This document shows positions 15,685 through 23,626 of a DNA stretch of 26,472 bases, piece after piece. The notes under the pieces are model-generated. The model was given only the letters and a program-made list of their open reading frames with translations, searched no databases and was not told where the DNA came from. Numbering within the stretch: position 1 is the stretch's first letter; each line of letters opens with the position of its first letter. Both the position numbers and the translations under genes were made by a program. The stretch comes from a virus. Its lineage: Duplodnaviria > Caudoviricetes. The stretch covers positions 1 through 26,472 of IMG/VR virus record IMGVR_UViG_3300005805_009919. One strand, given 5' to 3'.

Positions 15685-17118
15685 CTAAATCACAAAATTT
15701 GCGATCGAGAGGCGACCATAGAACTTGGCACCCTCACGGAGTAGTTTCTTGCCGTAGCGGGTCATGATACCCTTACGTGGGCAGAAGCTCTCGGGGTCAA
15801 GTACTACTGGAGTCTGTGTGAGTGGCACGTATGGGCAGTAGAAGTAACCGCTGTCCATATAAGAATCACCCTTGTAGCCCATCAAGATCTGGCTTGTGGG
15901 GAATAGAGGATCCTTGTATAGTCTCCAACGATTGTTTACTGTGCCAACGTACTGGATGCCTAAGCTGCTGGTGAATGTCTCGCTTGGAGCGGGAGCAAAA
16001 CCTGCAGTAGCTGTCTCGAAGATCGAAGCGATTTCGGGGCTGGTGACAAGCCAGTTGGCACCACCACGAAGCGTCTTACGATGGATAACGTTCGAAACCT
16101 CAACAACCTTGACGTATAGAGACTCATACTTTTCTTTGATGGTTTCACCAAGAGCTGTGTTGAAGTCCCAAGCGGAAACAGTACCGGCATTATTTAGAAG
16201 ATCGGTGATAACCTCACGATCGATTTCCAAATTGATTTCCTGAGCTAGAACGGCTGTTAGCTCGGCCTCTGCATCCAGATTGTGCTGGCTGCGTAGATCC
16301 TGCTGAGCCTCATAGCTCCAGACTGCCTTCAGCTTACGAGTTACGGCTGCAATTTCCTGGCTCTCGATTACGAGGTTAACCTCGGGGAGATCCTGATTGC
16401 ACTCCATGTTGTACTCGTAAGAAACGACAACCTTAACAGCACCGTCAGTTGTGCCACTCCAGTTGAGGGTAAGAACGCCGCTGCTGTAAACGAGCTCAGA
16501 GGAAGTCTGAACTGTAGGGCTGGGCGAACCAATTGCGCTCAATACTAGTGAACCATCGGAAGCAACAGTGAATGTATAAACGGCTACGTTGTTATCATAA
16601 ATTGTGCCTGTGACAGTACCGGCTAGAACTGGTGTGTGCTCTAGGTTGAAAGTCGAGGTTGTGCCCTGTGCAACTTCCTGGCTCTCATTCTGAACGAACT
16701 GATGAGAATAGAAGATGCTCAGATTTGCAGTACCATCGGCTCTCTGCATTAAGCTGTTTGCGTCATCACCGGGGAATCCGCTGTTGTTATCAGCACCACG
16801 GATAGAACCCTTGTTGCTGGAATAACGGAATCGGAGGTAATAAACTAGGCCAGTTGGGCCAAGTAGTGGCTGAACGCTGACAATTTTGTTAGCGATTAGC
16901 TGTGGGTAGATACGGCGGACGAGGGGGATGCTGATTCTCTTGAACTGAGCAACATCACCACTGTCGGTTGAGACTTCGTTGATGAGTCTCTGGTTCTCTA
17001 GAAGAACCGCTGTGGCAGAACGAACATAACGGTCATCAATACCTTCGAGGAGTCCCGTCTTGCCCCAACGAGTTTCTAGCTCTTTTGCCTCGTTTAAAAA
17101 TTTTGAATTTACGTTCAT
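15685..17118 (-). CDS. gp23: Major capsid protein, T4 gp23-like
   Basis: TAVLLENQ, IPLVRR.YP.LIA..IVSVQP..GPTGL, TRKLKA.WS.E..QDL...H.LDAEAEL..L..EI..EIDRE, GYKG..D.G.FYCPYVPL, F.PRKGIMTRYG. Confidence 0.97.
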   Translation of the reverse strand: MNVNSKFLNEAKELETRWGKTGLLEGIDDRYVRSATAVLLENQRLINEVSTDSGDVAQFKRISIPLVRRIYPQLIANKIVSVQPLLGPTGLVYYLRFRYSSNKGSIRGADNNSGFPGDDANSLMQRADGTANLSIFYSHQFVQNESQEVAQGTTSTFNLEHTPVLAGTVTGTIYDNNVAVYTFTVASDGSLVLSAIGSPSPTVQTSSELVYSSGVLTLNWSGTTDGAVKVVVSYEYNMECNQDLPEVNLVIESQEIAAVTRKLKAVWSYEAQQDLRSQHNLDAEAELTAVLAQEINLEIDREVITDLLNNAGTVSAWDFNTALGETIKEKYESLYVKVVEVSNVIHRKTLRGGANWLVTSPEIASIFETATAGFAPAPSETFTSSLGIQYVGTVNNRWRLYKDPLFPTSQILMGYKGDSYMDSGYFYCPYVPLTQTPVVLDPESFCPRKGIMTRYGKKLLREGAKFYGRLSIANFVI

Positions 17119-17154
17119 TTTAGAGTCTTTCCTCTTTCATATTAGTTAGAAAAA

Positions 17155-18051
17155 TTATTGGGTCTTTTTTAGACCTGATAAAACGAGTAGTTGATCTACA
17201 TCGTTGTTAACAGGTGCTGCATATTCCGATATGACAACACCGTCATCGGCCTTATTACCTCTCCCCGTTACGTTCGTTGCTTTCTTAGTTCTTTCTTTCT
17301 GTTCATTGATCATTTCGCTCTTTCTTTCTTTAACAACAGCTTTTCGGCTTTCTGTAATGAGATCCTGAGCATTTCGAACTGCTTCGTTTAGCTTGGTATT
17401 CTCCGTAGAGAGACGAATATTTCGTGCTTCTAGAATCCTCATCTGGGACTTTACTTCGTCTACTGTCTTAAGAGCTTCGTCTAATTTCTTAGAAGAAACA
17501 GGTGATACAGAGTCATCTGATAGATAGTTAGAAGTTAGATCTACGATCTTGTCGAGAGTAACTTTGTGTTCGATCAAACGAGGATCGCTGAGAACGTCTT
17601 TCTTGGCTTGCTCATAAATTTCCTGACCTTTAAACTGTAGGAACTGATGAACTTTATCAACAATGTATTCTTTCATTTCGGCCAATTTCTTGTCATACTC
17701 TTCATACATTTCAACTTCGAGTTTCTGATTCTTTTCTCTTTCTTGCTTTAGCATCTGATATGCTTCTTCGTAACCTTCCTCAAGGGCTTCTTTATATTCT
17801 TCGCCCTGGATTTCGAGACGGTTGCGAAGATCGTTGATGATTGAATAAGCTTCCTCGTAGCCCTCTTCTGCGAGCTTTTCTGCGTTCACTAACTCAGAAG
17901 AAATTTCCGTGTAAGCCTCTTCAAGCTTCTGGTTGTATTCGGCTTCTAATTCTGTCTTGGCTTCATCGAGCATCTCAGTGATAGCGGTTGCTACCTCATT
18001 GATCTCAGCTTCGGGCAAGAGCTTTTTTAGCGCTTCTACGATCTTGTCCAT
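17155..18051 (-). CDS. gp22: Prohead core scaffolding protein, T4 gp22-like
   Basis: Acidic coiled-coil protein directly upstream of the MCP and downstream of the protease; multiple L/I-x-E sites; GAGG SD. Confidence 0.8.
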   Translation of the reverse strand: MDKIVEALKKLLPEAEINEVATAITEMLDEAKTELEAEYNQKLEEAYTEISSELVNAEKLAEEGYEEAYSIINDLRNRLEIQGEEYKEALEEGYEEAYQMLKQEREKNQKLEVEMYEEYDKKLAEMKEYIVDKVHQFLQFKGQEIYEQAKKDVLSDPRLIEHKVTLDKIVDLTSNYLSDDSVSPVSSKKLDEALKTVDEVKSQMRILEARNIRLSTENTKLNEAVRNAQDLITESRKAVVKERKSEMINEQKERTKKATNVTGRGNKADDGVVISEYAAPVNNDVDQLLVLSGLKKTQ

Positions 18052-18072
18052 TCTCCAACCTCGCTTTTCGAT

Positions 18073-18080
18073 TATTTACT
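18073..18080 (-). promoter_or_regulatory. Putative late promoter box AGTAAATA for the scaffold-MCP operon
   Basis: About 21 nt upstream of ATG 18051. Confidence 0.45.
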
Positions 18081-18179
18081 TTTATTGTTATTCCGACCAA
18101 AAAAGCAAATACATCTTTTGTTTTTTTAGTGCAGATACATAATATAAGTATGCACATGGTTTTATTTTTGAGAAATAAA

Positions 18180-19169
18180 ATGAAAAAAAAGTCACAAGAA
18201 GAGGTAAAAAATTTATTTGCTGAACATGGATGTGAATTGTTGGATAAGTATTTAGGTTCTGGTTTTTCTATGAAATACATATGTGTTTGTGGTGCAACTA
18301 AGTCAATTAGCCTTGATAAATTTCAGAAAAAGATTAAAAAAGGCAAAGTGGTTTGCGATAAGATCAATTGGACAGAAGAAAAAGATCAAATTTTACGTGA
18401 TTTGTATGGCAATTCGACTAGAAGCGAAATGCTCTCAAAAATTTGCGGATCTACTTATGAATCAATAAAACATAGAGCAAAAGTACTAAATCTCATCGGA
18501 AACAGAAGCCGCGTAATTTCTGAAGCAAGAAAGAACCAAAAGCCAAAATATGATTACAATATTAATTTTTTTGGGAACAAAACACGACAGTCAATATTTT
18601 GGGCTGGATTCTTAGCTTCTTGTTGTAGGATAGATTATAAAAAAAATACCATTTGTATTTCTTTACCGCTAGAAAATCAAGATATTCTCGAAGCTTTTCA
18701 GGATGCAATTTGTCATACAGGTGTTTGTAGCAAAACAAAATCAAGAGTTAAGCTTAATATTTTTAGAGCAAAAAAGTGGCTTTTAGATTTAGACAATTTA
18801 TTTAATTTGAATTTAAAAAGTCCTTCAGAAAGATTTAGTCCTTATCAGTTAAAAGATGCAGAAATACTTGTTTTTGCGGCTGGATATTTAGAAGGTGCAG
18901 GAAAAATCCGATACCATGCAAAAGAAAAAAAATTCAGATTAATTTTCTGTGGATCGGAGGAAATTTTAAATTGGTTAAAAATTTATTTTGATGAATTGTG
19001 TCCAAGTTTAAAAAAACCTTACTTGGAAATTGAAAAGCAAAAGTGTAATTTGTTTTTTTATAAGTTGGGATATTCTAAATCAAAATACTTAATTAAACAA
19101 ATAATTTCGCTAAAATTATCAAGATCAGAAGAAAAATGGCGATCGATCAAATTCATATTAGGAGTGTGA
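18180..19169 (+). CDS. LAGLIDADG-fold protein with N-terminal Zn-ribbon and Myb/HTH-like segment, catalytic residues degenerate
   Basis: GCELL..Y....MKYICVCG; WTEEKDQILRDLY; NFF....SIFWAGFLASCC (canonical YWLGFLxADG); FAAGYLEGAG (canonical FIRGYFDGDG); GSEEILNW. Start 18180 preferred over 18129. Confidence 0.8.
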   Translation: MKKKSQEEVKNLFAEHGCELLDKYLGSGFSMKYICVCGATKSISLDKFQKKIKKGKVVCDKINWTEEKDQILRDLYGNSTRSEMLSKICGSTYESIKHRAKVLNLIGNRSRVISEARKNQKPKYDYNINFFGNKTRQSIFWAGFLASCCRIDYKKNTICISLPLENQDILEAFQDAICHTGVCSKTKSRVKLNIFRAKKWLLDLDNLFNLNLKSPSERFSPYQLKDAEILVFAAGYLEGAGKIRYHAKEKKFRLIFCGSEEILNWLKIYFDELCPSLKKPYLEIEKQKCNLFFYKLGYSKSKYLIKQIISLKLSRSEEKWRSIKFILGV

Positions 19170-19171
19170 AC

Positions 19172-19206
19172 AAAAACTCCCTGGTTTTCACCAAGGAGTT
19201 TTTTTT
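19172..19206. terminator. Bidirectional intrinsic terminator
   Basis: AAAAACTCC-C-TGGT-TTTC-ACCA-A-GGAGTTTTTTTT between convergent genes. Confidence 0.8.
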
Positions 19207-19236
19207 GATTAGTTTCTTTAGTTGATTTTATAATAA

Positions 19237-19662
19237 CTATGAAACATTGTCGCCAGAAATGTACCATTCTTCGACTGCAGTCTTCAAGAGATTAGCGGTG
19301 CTTCTTGCGCTTATAGTGCAAGTGTTGACGTCCGAACCTCCGAGATAAAGCAGGGTGCCGCCGCCAGCTTTATCGACTACAACATCTAAACCTTGGGCAA
19401 CTACTATAATTTGAGTGCCAACTGGGAATGGAACGTCAGCAGTGTAAGGAATTGTAACAGTGCAATCGGTTGCATAGATGTGTTTGCCAGCATCGGTTAG
19501 TTCTAACTCATGATTAGTATCGCCGATATTTACTTGAGGATATCCATTAACGGAATCTGTAACTTCTTTAGTAAGATTAGCTAACTTTACTCTTCCGTTG
19601 TATAAGGCTGGAAACACGTTGGATGCTGCTCCTGGGCCGGTGCCTTGTGTAGTTTGTGTCAT
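19237..19662 (-). CDS. Putative virion fibre/decoration protein (141 aa)
   Basis: Start reassigned to ATG 19662 (AAGGAG SD); C-terminal L.LTDAGK...VTIP....FPVGT.I...A.LLK....W.ISG domain common at phage fibre C-termini; N-terminus shared with 11853-12167. Confidence 0.75.
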   Translation of the reverse strand: MTQTTQGTGPGAASNVFPALYNGRVKLANLTKEVTDSVNGYPQVNIGDTNHELELTDAGKHIYATDCTVTIPYTADVPFPVGTQIIVVAQGLDVVVDKAGGGTLLYLGGSDVNTCTISARSTANLLKTAVEEWYISGDNVS

Positions 19663-19691
19663 AAAAACTCCTTTTGAAAAAGAACACAATT

Positions 19692-19699
19692 TATATATT
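19692..19699 (-). promoter_or_regulatory. Putative late promoter box AATATATA
   Basis: About 30 nt upstream of ATG 19662. Confidence 0.5.
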
Positions 19700-19741
19700 G
19701 GTTTTTAATTCAATTTAAATTTTAATTGGGTGAAATTTTCA

Positions 19742-20326
19742 CTAAAGGTCACTAGCCGATAGCCTTAAAGACAACCATTCTCCAAAACTTTGTTGGTTTA
19801 AGGCATTGGGGTATCTAAATTTACTTTGTCTGATAGGTTTCCCTAAAAGAATGAATTCAATTTCTCTCATTGGTTCGCCATATAAAGAAGTTGGTTCATC
19901 CATCAATATTTTTAAATATCCTCTTTTTTCTGCACTTCTTATCATTGGATACGAAGTAGTGGATCGAGCGTTCATTTCAAAAACTTTGTTTCCGAAACTT
20001 AACAGCTTTGAATACAAGATTTGAAAGTCAGTAAAACTTAATTTTCTTATAGATGCGAGATCGATGATTTCCACCGTCTGATCGCCAACTCCAAAAATAG
20101 CATACCAATCAGGCTGAATAATGCAATCAATTTCGTTTTCTTCATACCCAGCAAGATCTAACATCTGTTCAAAAGAAGCTCGCCAATCATCTTCGTTTTC
20201 GTCATCTTGCCAAAATTGCATATGAGGCGGATAAATTTTTTTTTCTAAATCTTGCACATGACGAAGATTTGCTTGATTGAACGCACAAGCTTCCAGCAAA
20301 TTATAAAGTTCATAAAATGTTTTCAT
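19742..20326 (-). CDS. Protein with capsid-targeting-like leader, possible degenerate GNAT fold (194 aa)
   Basis: Start reassigned to ATG 20326 (MKTFYELYNLLE); L..V..LE..IYP, VEIIDLAS, VFEMNAR..SY, GY.I order resembles RimI-like GNAT, but no Q/RxxGxG loop. Confidence 0.6.
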   Translation of the reverse strand: MKTFYELYNLLEACAFNQANLRHVQDLEKKIYPPHMQFWQDDENEDDWRASFEQMLDLAGYEENEIDCIIQPDWYAIFGVGDQTVEIIDLASIRKLSFTDFQILYSKLLSFGNKVFEMNARSTTSYPMIRSAEKRGYLKILMDEPTSLYGEPMREIEFILLGKPIRQSKFRYPNALNQQSFGEWLSLRLSASDL

Positions 20327-20346
20327 GATTTGTTTTGACCACTGAT

Positions 20347-20392
20347 AAAAAAAGCCCACCACAAGATAAAAAATATATATCTTATGGTGAGC
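20347..20392 (-). terminator. Intrinsic terminator after the protease gene, overlapping a GATATATA late-promoter-like box (20374-20381)
   Basis: Minus strand GCTCACCATAAGATA-N9-TATCTTGTGGTGGGC (15 bp with two G-U pairs) followed by U7. Confidence 0.75.
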
Positions 20393-20403
20393 CAAATTAT
20401 TTT

Positions 20404-21084
20404 TTAAAGCTTGTCTTTGATCTCTTTGGTTCGAGATTCAATCATCCCTCCTAAACAAGCCAAAAGAGCTTCTTTAGAAAAAGATTTCTGTGATGATGAT
20501 CTCGTCGCAGCAGGAGCATCGTGACGATAGGTAACAGCAGGATCAAAGCTTTCCTTTTTGGAGACTACTCTCTCTTGAAAAGCATTGAAAGTACTTGGAT
20601 CAGCAACAGCATCAAAAGTAATTAATTTGTAACTTTCGCCAATTACTAGAATGCCATTTTCATCACTTCTACCATTTCCTACTCCTCGGCTGCTGATTCC
20701 AACTCTTACTCCATCATTTAGCAGACTCTTCAAAAGCTTGCCATAAGGAGTGTTTAGAATTTCGCCTTCGCCCATCAATTGATTGCCTTCCCACCATAGT
20801 TTTGTAACTACATGAGAGCAACGATCAAAATGGATTATAGAGTCGGTAGGATGGTCAAGTTCGCCCACCAAACCACGAGCTTCTATAATTGGAGTCAATT
20901 TCTTTACATTTTCATTTAGAACATTATACGGGTAAATACGCTTATTTTGGTTGACTGCTTCGGCCTCTTGAAACTTGCCTCTAAAACGAGTCAGCCCTCG
21001 ACTATTTTCGGCTGACTCATTTAGATTCAAGGTAAATCCACCGTTTGTACAGCAGTCAATGAACAAACTTAGTTTCTCATCCAT
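20404..21084 (-). CDS. gp21: Prohead protease, T4 gp21-like
   Basis: G.FQ.A...N.N.R.Y, GELDHP (catalytic His), ILNTP.G, VGISSRG.G (catalytic Ser), TFDAVADPS; AAGGAG SD. Confidence 0.95.
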   Translation of the reverse strand: MDEKLSLFIDCCTNGGFTLNLNESAENSRGLTRFRGKFQEAEAVNQNKRIYPYNVLNENVKKLTPIIEARGLVGELDHPTDSIIHFDRCSHVVTKLWWEGNQLMGEGEILNTPYGKLLKSLLNDGVRVGISSRGVGNGRSDENGILVIGESYKLITFDAVADPSTFNAFQERVVSKKESFDPAVTYRHDAPAATRSSSQKSFSKEALLACLGGMIESRTKEIKDKL

Positions 21085-21120
21085 TGACTTACTCCTTCTA
21101 GTGTAAATTTAAAAGCCGAC

Positions 21121-22869
21121 TTAACCCTTCTTATGTGGAACATAAGGATTTTTTAAGTTTGGCCATGTATCTTCTGACTGCCATAGACCCCAATCTTCGT
21201 TGTCGTCTATAACTGATTTTTCCTTCATCTTGTAATCAGCATTCTTTAGATTGTAAGGATTGGTTAGAGATGGATAGGTGTCGTTGTTTCCAATGTTACC
21301 ATGGCCATGATCTTTTAGCTCGGCAGAAAGTGCTTTGCTATAGGTTTTACCGTCAGAACTTGGAGCCATTCCATCGAAATCACCATTAAATTTAGAGGGA
21401 GTTGCATCGCTTTGTTTTGCAATCCAATCTAAATGAGGATGAGCACCATTTACCGTGTGGTGAACTGATGCATTTGTCGCATCCCAACCTTCAGAGGAAG
21501 CCATTGGTAGATTGTTTTCAATAAAATCTACTAGATAATCTGTCATTTCTTCAATCGATTCGAGATTGATAGTTGCTTCTTTTCTGAGCATAGAAGCACA
21601 CTCATTCAAGAAATTCTCTGCATGGGATTTGGTCATCTCATCGCCAGATTCAACAGCTAAACGATGAATCTCATGTATGGCCTTATAAAGATCTGCAACC
21701 ACCTGAAGCTCAGATTCAATCGTTTCGTCAAGAGTTAAATAGTAGTCTTCAATTATTGATTGAAATTCTAAATATGCATCCTCACAAGATTCACATGTAG
21801 GAGAAACGTCGTGAGTGGCACCTGCTGCCTTGGCAATTTTCTGAACTTTTTCTACGTGCGTATTGTGAGCAGTTCGTAAAATTGCTTCTGCCATGAACTG
21901 ACACATTTCATCGTCATAATTACTTACATTTGCAATTTCTAAAGCCTCTCTAATTTGAGTTGCGAGCTCTGTCTCGGTTACATAAAGAACAGATGGCCAT
22001 TTAGAGACAACTGCGGCAAGAGTTTCTTCAAGAGCAATATTATCTACAACATTGTTATATCTCTTAAGATCCGCCATCATTTTCACAAAATTCTGGTTCT
22101 CTTGTAGCTTTTTGGCTGTGCTTCTTAGCACTTTGGATTCAGCGCTCATACACTTCCAATCAAAGCTTAAAACTTTGGCCTCGTTTCTTTTGTCAAGAGT
22201 TGGCATGGCAATACCACTTACATTTCCTTTGCCATCAAATTTTACTCGTGATTGTGCTGCTACGGGGCCGAATGCCTTATAGTCTAGATATCCATAAACA
22301 TTTTCACACAAGCCAGCCCATTCTTTTACCATCATTGGCTTCATTTTTTTTGCATAGAACTGCACTGTTGCTTTCTTGCCCTTAGCACCTTTTTTACCTT
22401 TAGCTCCTTTTCTCTTAGATCGTAGGAACGCCATGAATGCAGCCTGATCTTTTTTGCTTTTATGCTTTTTAGCCTCATTTACGTTCACTGCACGGCGGTA
22501 AATTGAAGAATTGATAAACTGTTCGAACTGTTGTTCTGCTTTGACTTGATTATCTTCCAAAAGCGAATCAATAAAATTATCAAGAAGAGTTCTTGATGCA
22601 ATTTGTTCTGTTGATTCCTCGATGACTAACTGTTCGATGTTTTCTAGAACCAATTGTTCTTTATCCAAGGAATAAACGGCATGAATAAATGTGCCGTCTG
22701 GAGCTTGATAATTTACATCTGATTCACCAAAAGTAAAAAGCTTAAGGTCTTCTACTCCTAAAGTTTTGGACAGCACTTCCTCAGCTGCAATCAATTCATT
22801 TTGAGCTTTCGTAAGTGACGCTTCTTCAATTTTTTTAAAAACATCGAAGCTGATTAATTTTCTTTTCAT
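21121..22869 (-). CDS. Large uncharacterised head-module protein (about 582 aa), probable prohead core component
   Basis: Between portal and protease (the T4 gp67/gp68 position); ATG 22869 with GGGAG SD; leader MKRKLISFDVFKKIEE; KGAKGKK x2; DT(Y/W)PxLxNPY x2. Confidence 0.7.
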   Translation of the reverse strand: MKRKLISFDVFKKIEEASLTKAQNELIAAEEVLSKTLGVEDLKLFTFGESDVNYQAPDGTFIHAVYSLDKEQLVLENIEQLVIEESTEQIASRTLLDNFIDSLLEDNQVKAEQQFEQFINSSIYRRAVNVNEAKKHKSKKDQAAFMAFLRSKRKGAKGKKGAKGKKATVQFYAKKMKPMMVKEWAGLCENVYGYLDYKAFGPVAAQSRVKFDGKGNVSGIAMPTLDKRNEAKVLSFDWKCMSAESKVLRSTAKKLQENQNFVKMMADLKRYNNVVDNIALEETLAAVVSKWPSVLYVTETELATQIREALEIANVSNYDDEMCQFMAEAILRTAHNTHVEKVQKIAKAAGATHDVSPTCESCEDAYLEFQSIIEDYYLTLDETIESELQVVADLYKAIHEIHRLAVESGDEMTKSHAENFLNECASMLRKEATINLESIEEMTDYLVDFIENNLPMASSEGWDATNASVHHTVNGAHPHLDWIAKQSDATPSKFNGDFDGMAPSSDGKTYSKALSAELKDHGHGNIGNNDTYPSLTNPYNLKNADYKMKEKSVIDDNEDWGLWQSEDTWPNLKNPYVPHKKG

Positions 22870-22926
22870 AATCAATGACTCCCTGTGCTGTTGTTTTCAT
22901 TTGCTTAAATAATGCTGCAATGTGTT

Positions 22927-22992
22927 TATCTATTAAACACCTGCTAAATTTTGTTATAAATATCGAAAAAATATTTTACCCGCTAATATATA
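22927..22992. promoter_or_regulatory. Divergent late-promoter-like boxes: AATAGATA (minus, 22927-22934), TATAAATA (plus, 22955-22962), AATATATA (plus, 22985-22992)
   Basis: Read directly in the intergenic region between the divergent starts at 22869 and 23027. Confidence 0.5.
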
Positions 22993-23026
22993 GCTATGTA
23001 TTCAATAGTAAAATTAAGGAATTAAA

Positions 23027-23377
23027 ATGAAAAGTTTTCAAGACTATTTAGTATTAAAAGAAGACACTGGCCGTGCGGTAGCTCAAAATATGATAGATTT
23101 TCAACAAAGTCTATCTGGGATTGAAAGTGAGAATTTAATTGCTTTTATTAAAGCGGCTTATAAAATTCTAACTAACGAAGACAATAAGGCTTCTCAATTT
23201 ATACAAATGGTCAGCAGATTTTCAGGCGAATCAGAATTAAATTTAAATCGGTCTGCTTTAATTTCAGCTGCCAAGAAATTAATAGATTCTAGTTCAGGCA
23301 CGCCGGGTCTAGGAGATCAAACTGGCTCTGCAAATGAAATTACACCACCACCAGCCGATAAAATGGGTAGTTTCTAA
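23027..23377 (+). CDS. Small protein with capsid-targeting-like leader (116 aa)
   Basis: Begins MKSFQDYLVLKE; AAGGA SD; inverted relative to the head genes. Confidence 0.85.
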   Translation: MKSFQDYLVLKEDTGRAVAQNMIDFQQSLSGIESENLIAFIKAAYKILTNEDNKASQFIQMVSRFSGESELNLNRSALISAAKKLIDSSSGTPGLGDQTGSANEITPPPADKMGSF

Positions 23378-23625
23378 TTTTTTTTATACCAAAAATTATT
23401 TGCTTGAATTAAATTTTGTTCGTTTATCTCAAGACCACAAGCATCTCCGATCACTGAATCGATCGAACATAATGGGCAGATAACTGTCTGCCCATTGTCG
23501 GTAAATTGAGTAATTGTAGTTTTGTCTATCATTTTCATACAATGAAAACAACCAACGTTATTCGAAGAATCGACTAACGTTTTATTTTTTATCGCAAAAA
23601 ATGGAAATCTAGATAAAAATGTCAT
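23374..23625 (-). CDS. Small Zn-ribbon protein (GCFHC...CPLCSIDSVIGD)
   Basis: Two CxxC pairs; matches a widespread small bacterial/phage hypothetical family; TAA-G-ATG junction suggests translational coupling to the portal. Confidence 0.8.
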   Translation of the reverse strand: MTFLSRFPFFAIKNKTLVDSSNNVGCFHCMKMIDKTTITQFTDNGQTVICPLCSIDSVIGDACGLEINEQNLIQANNFWYKKN

Positions 23626-23626
23626 C

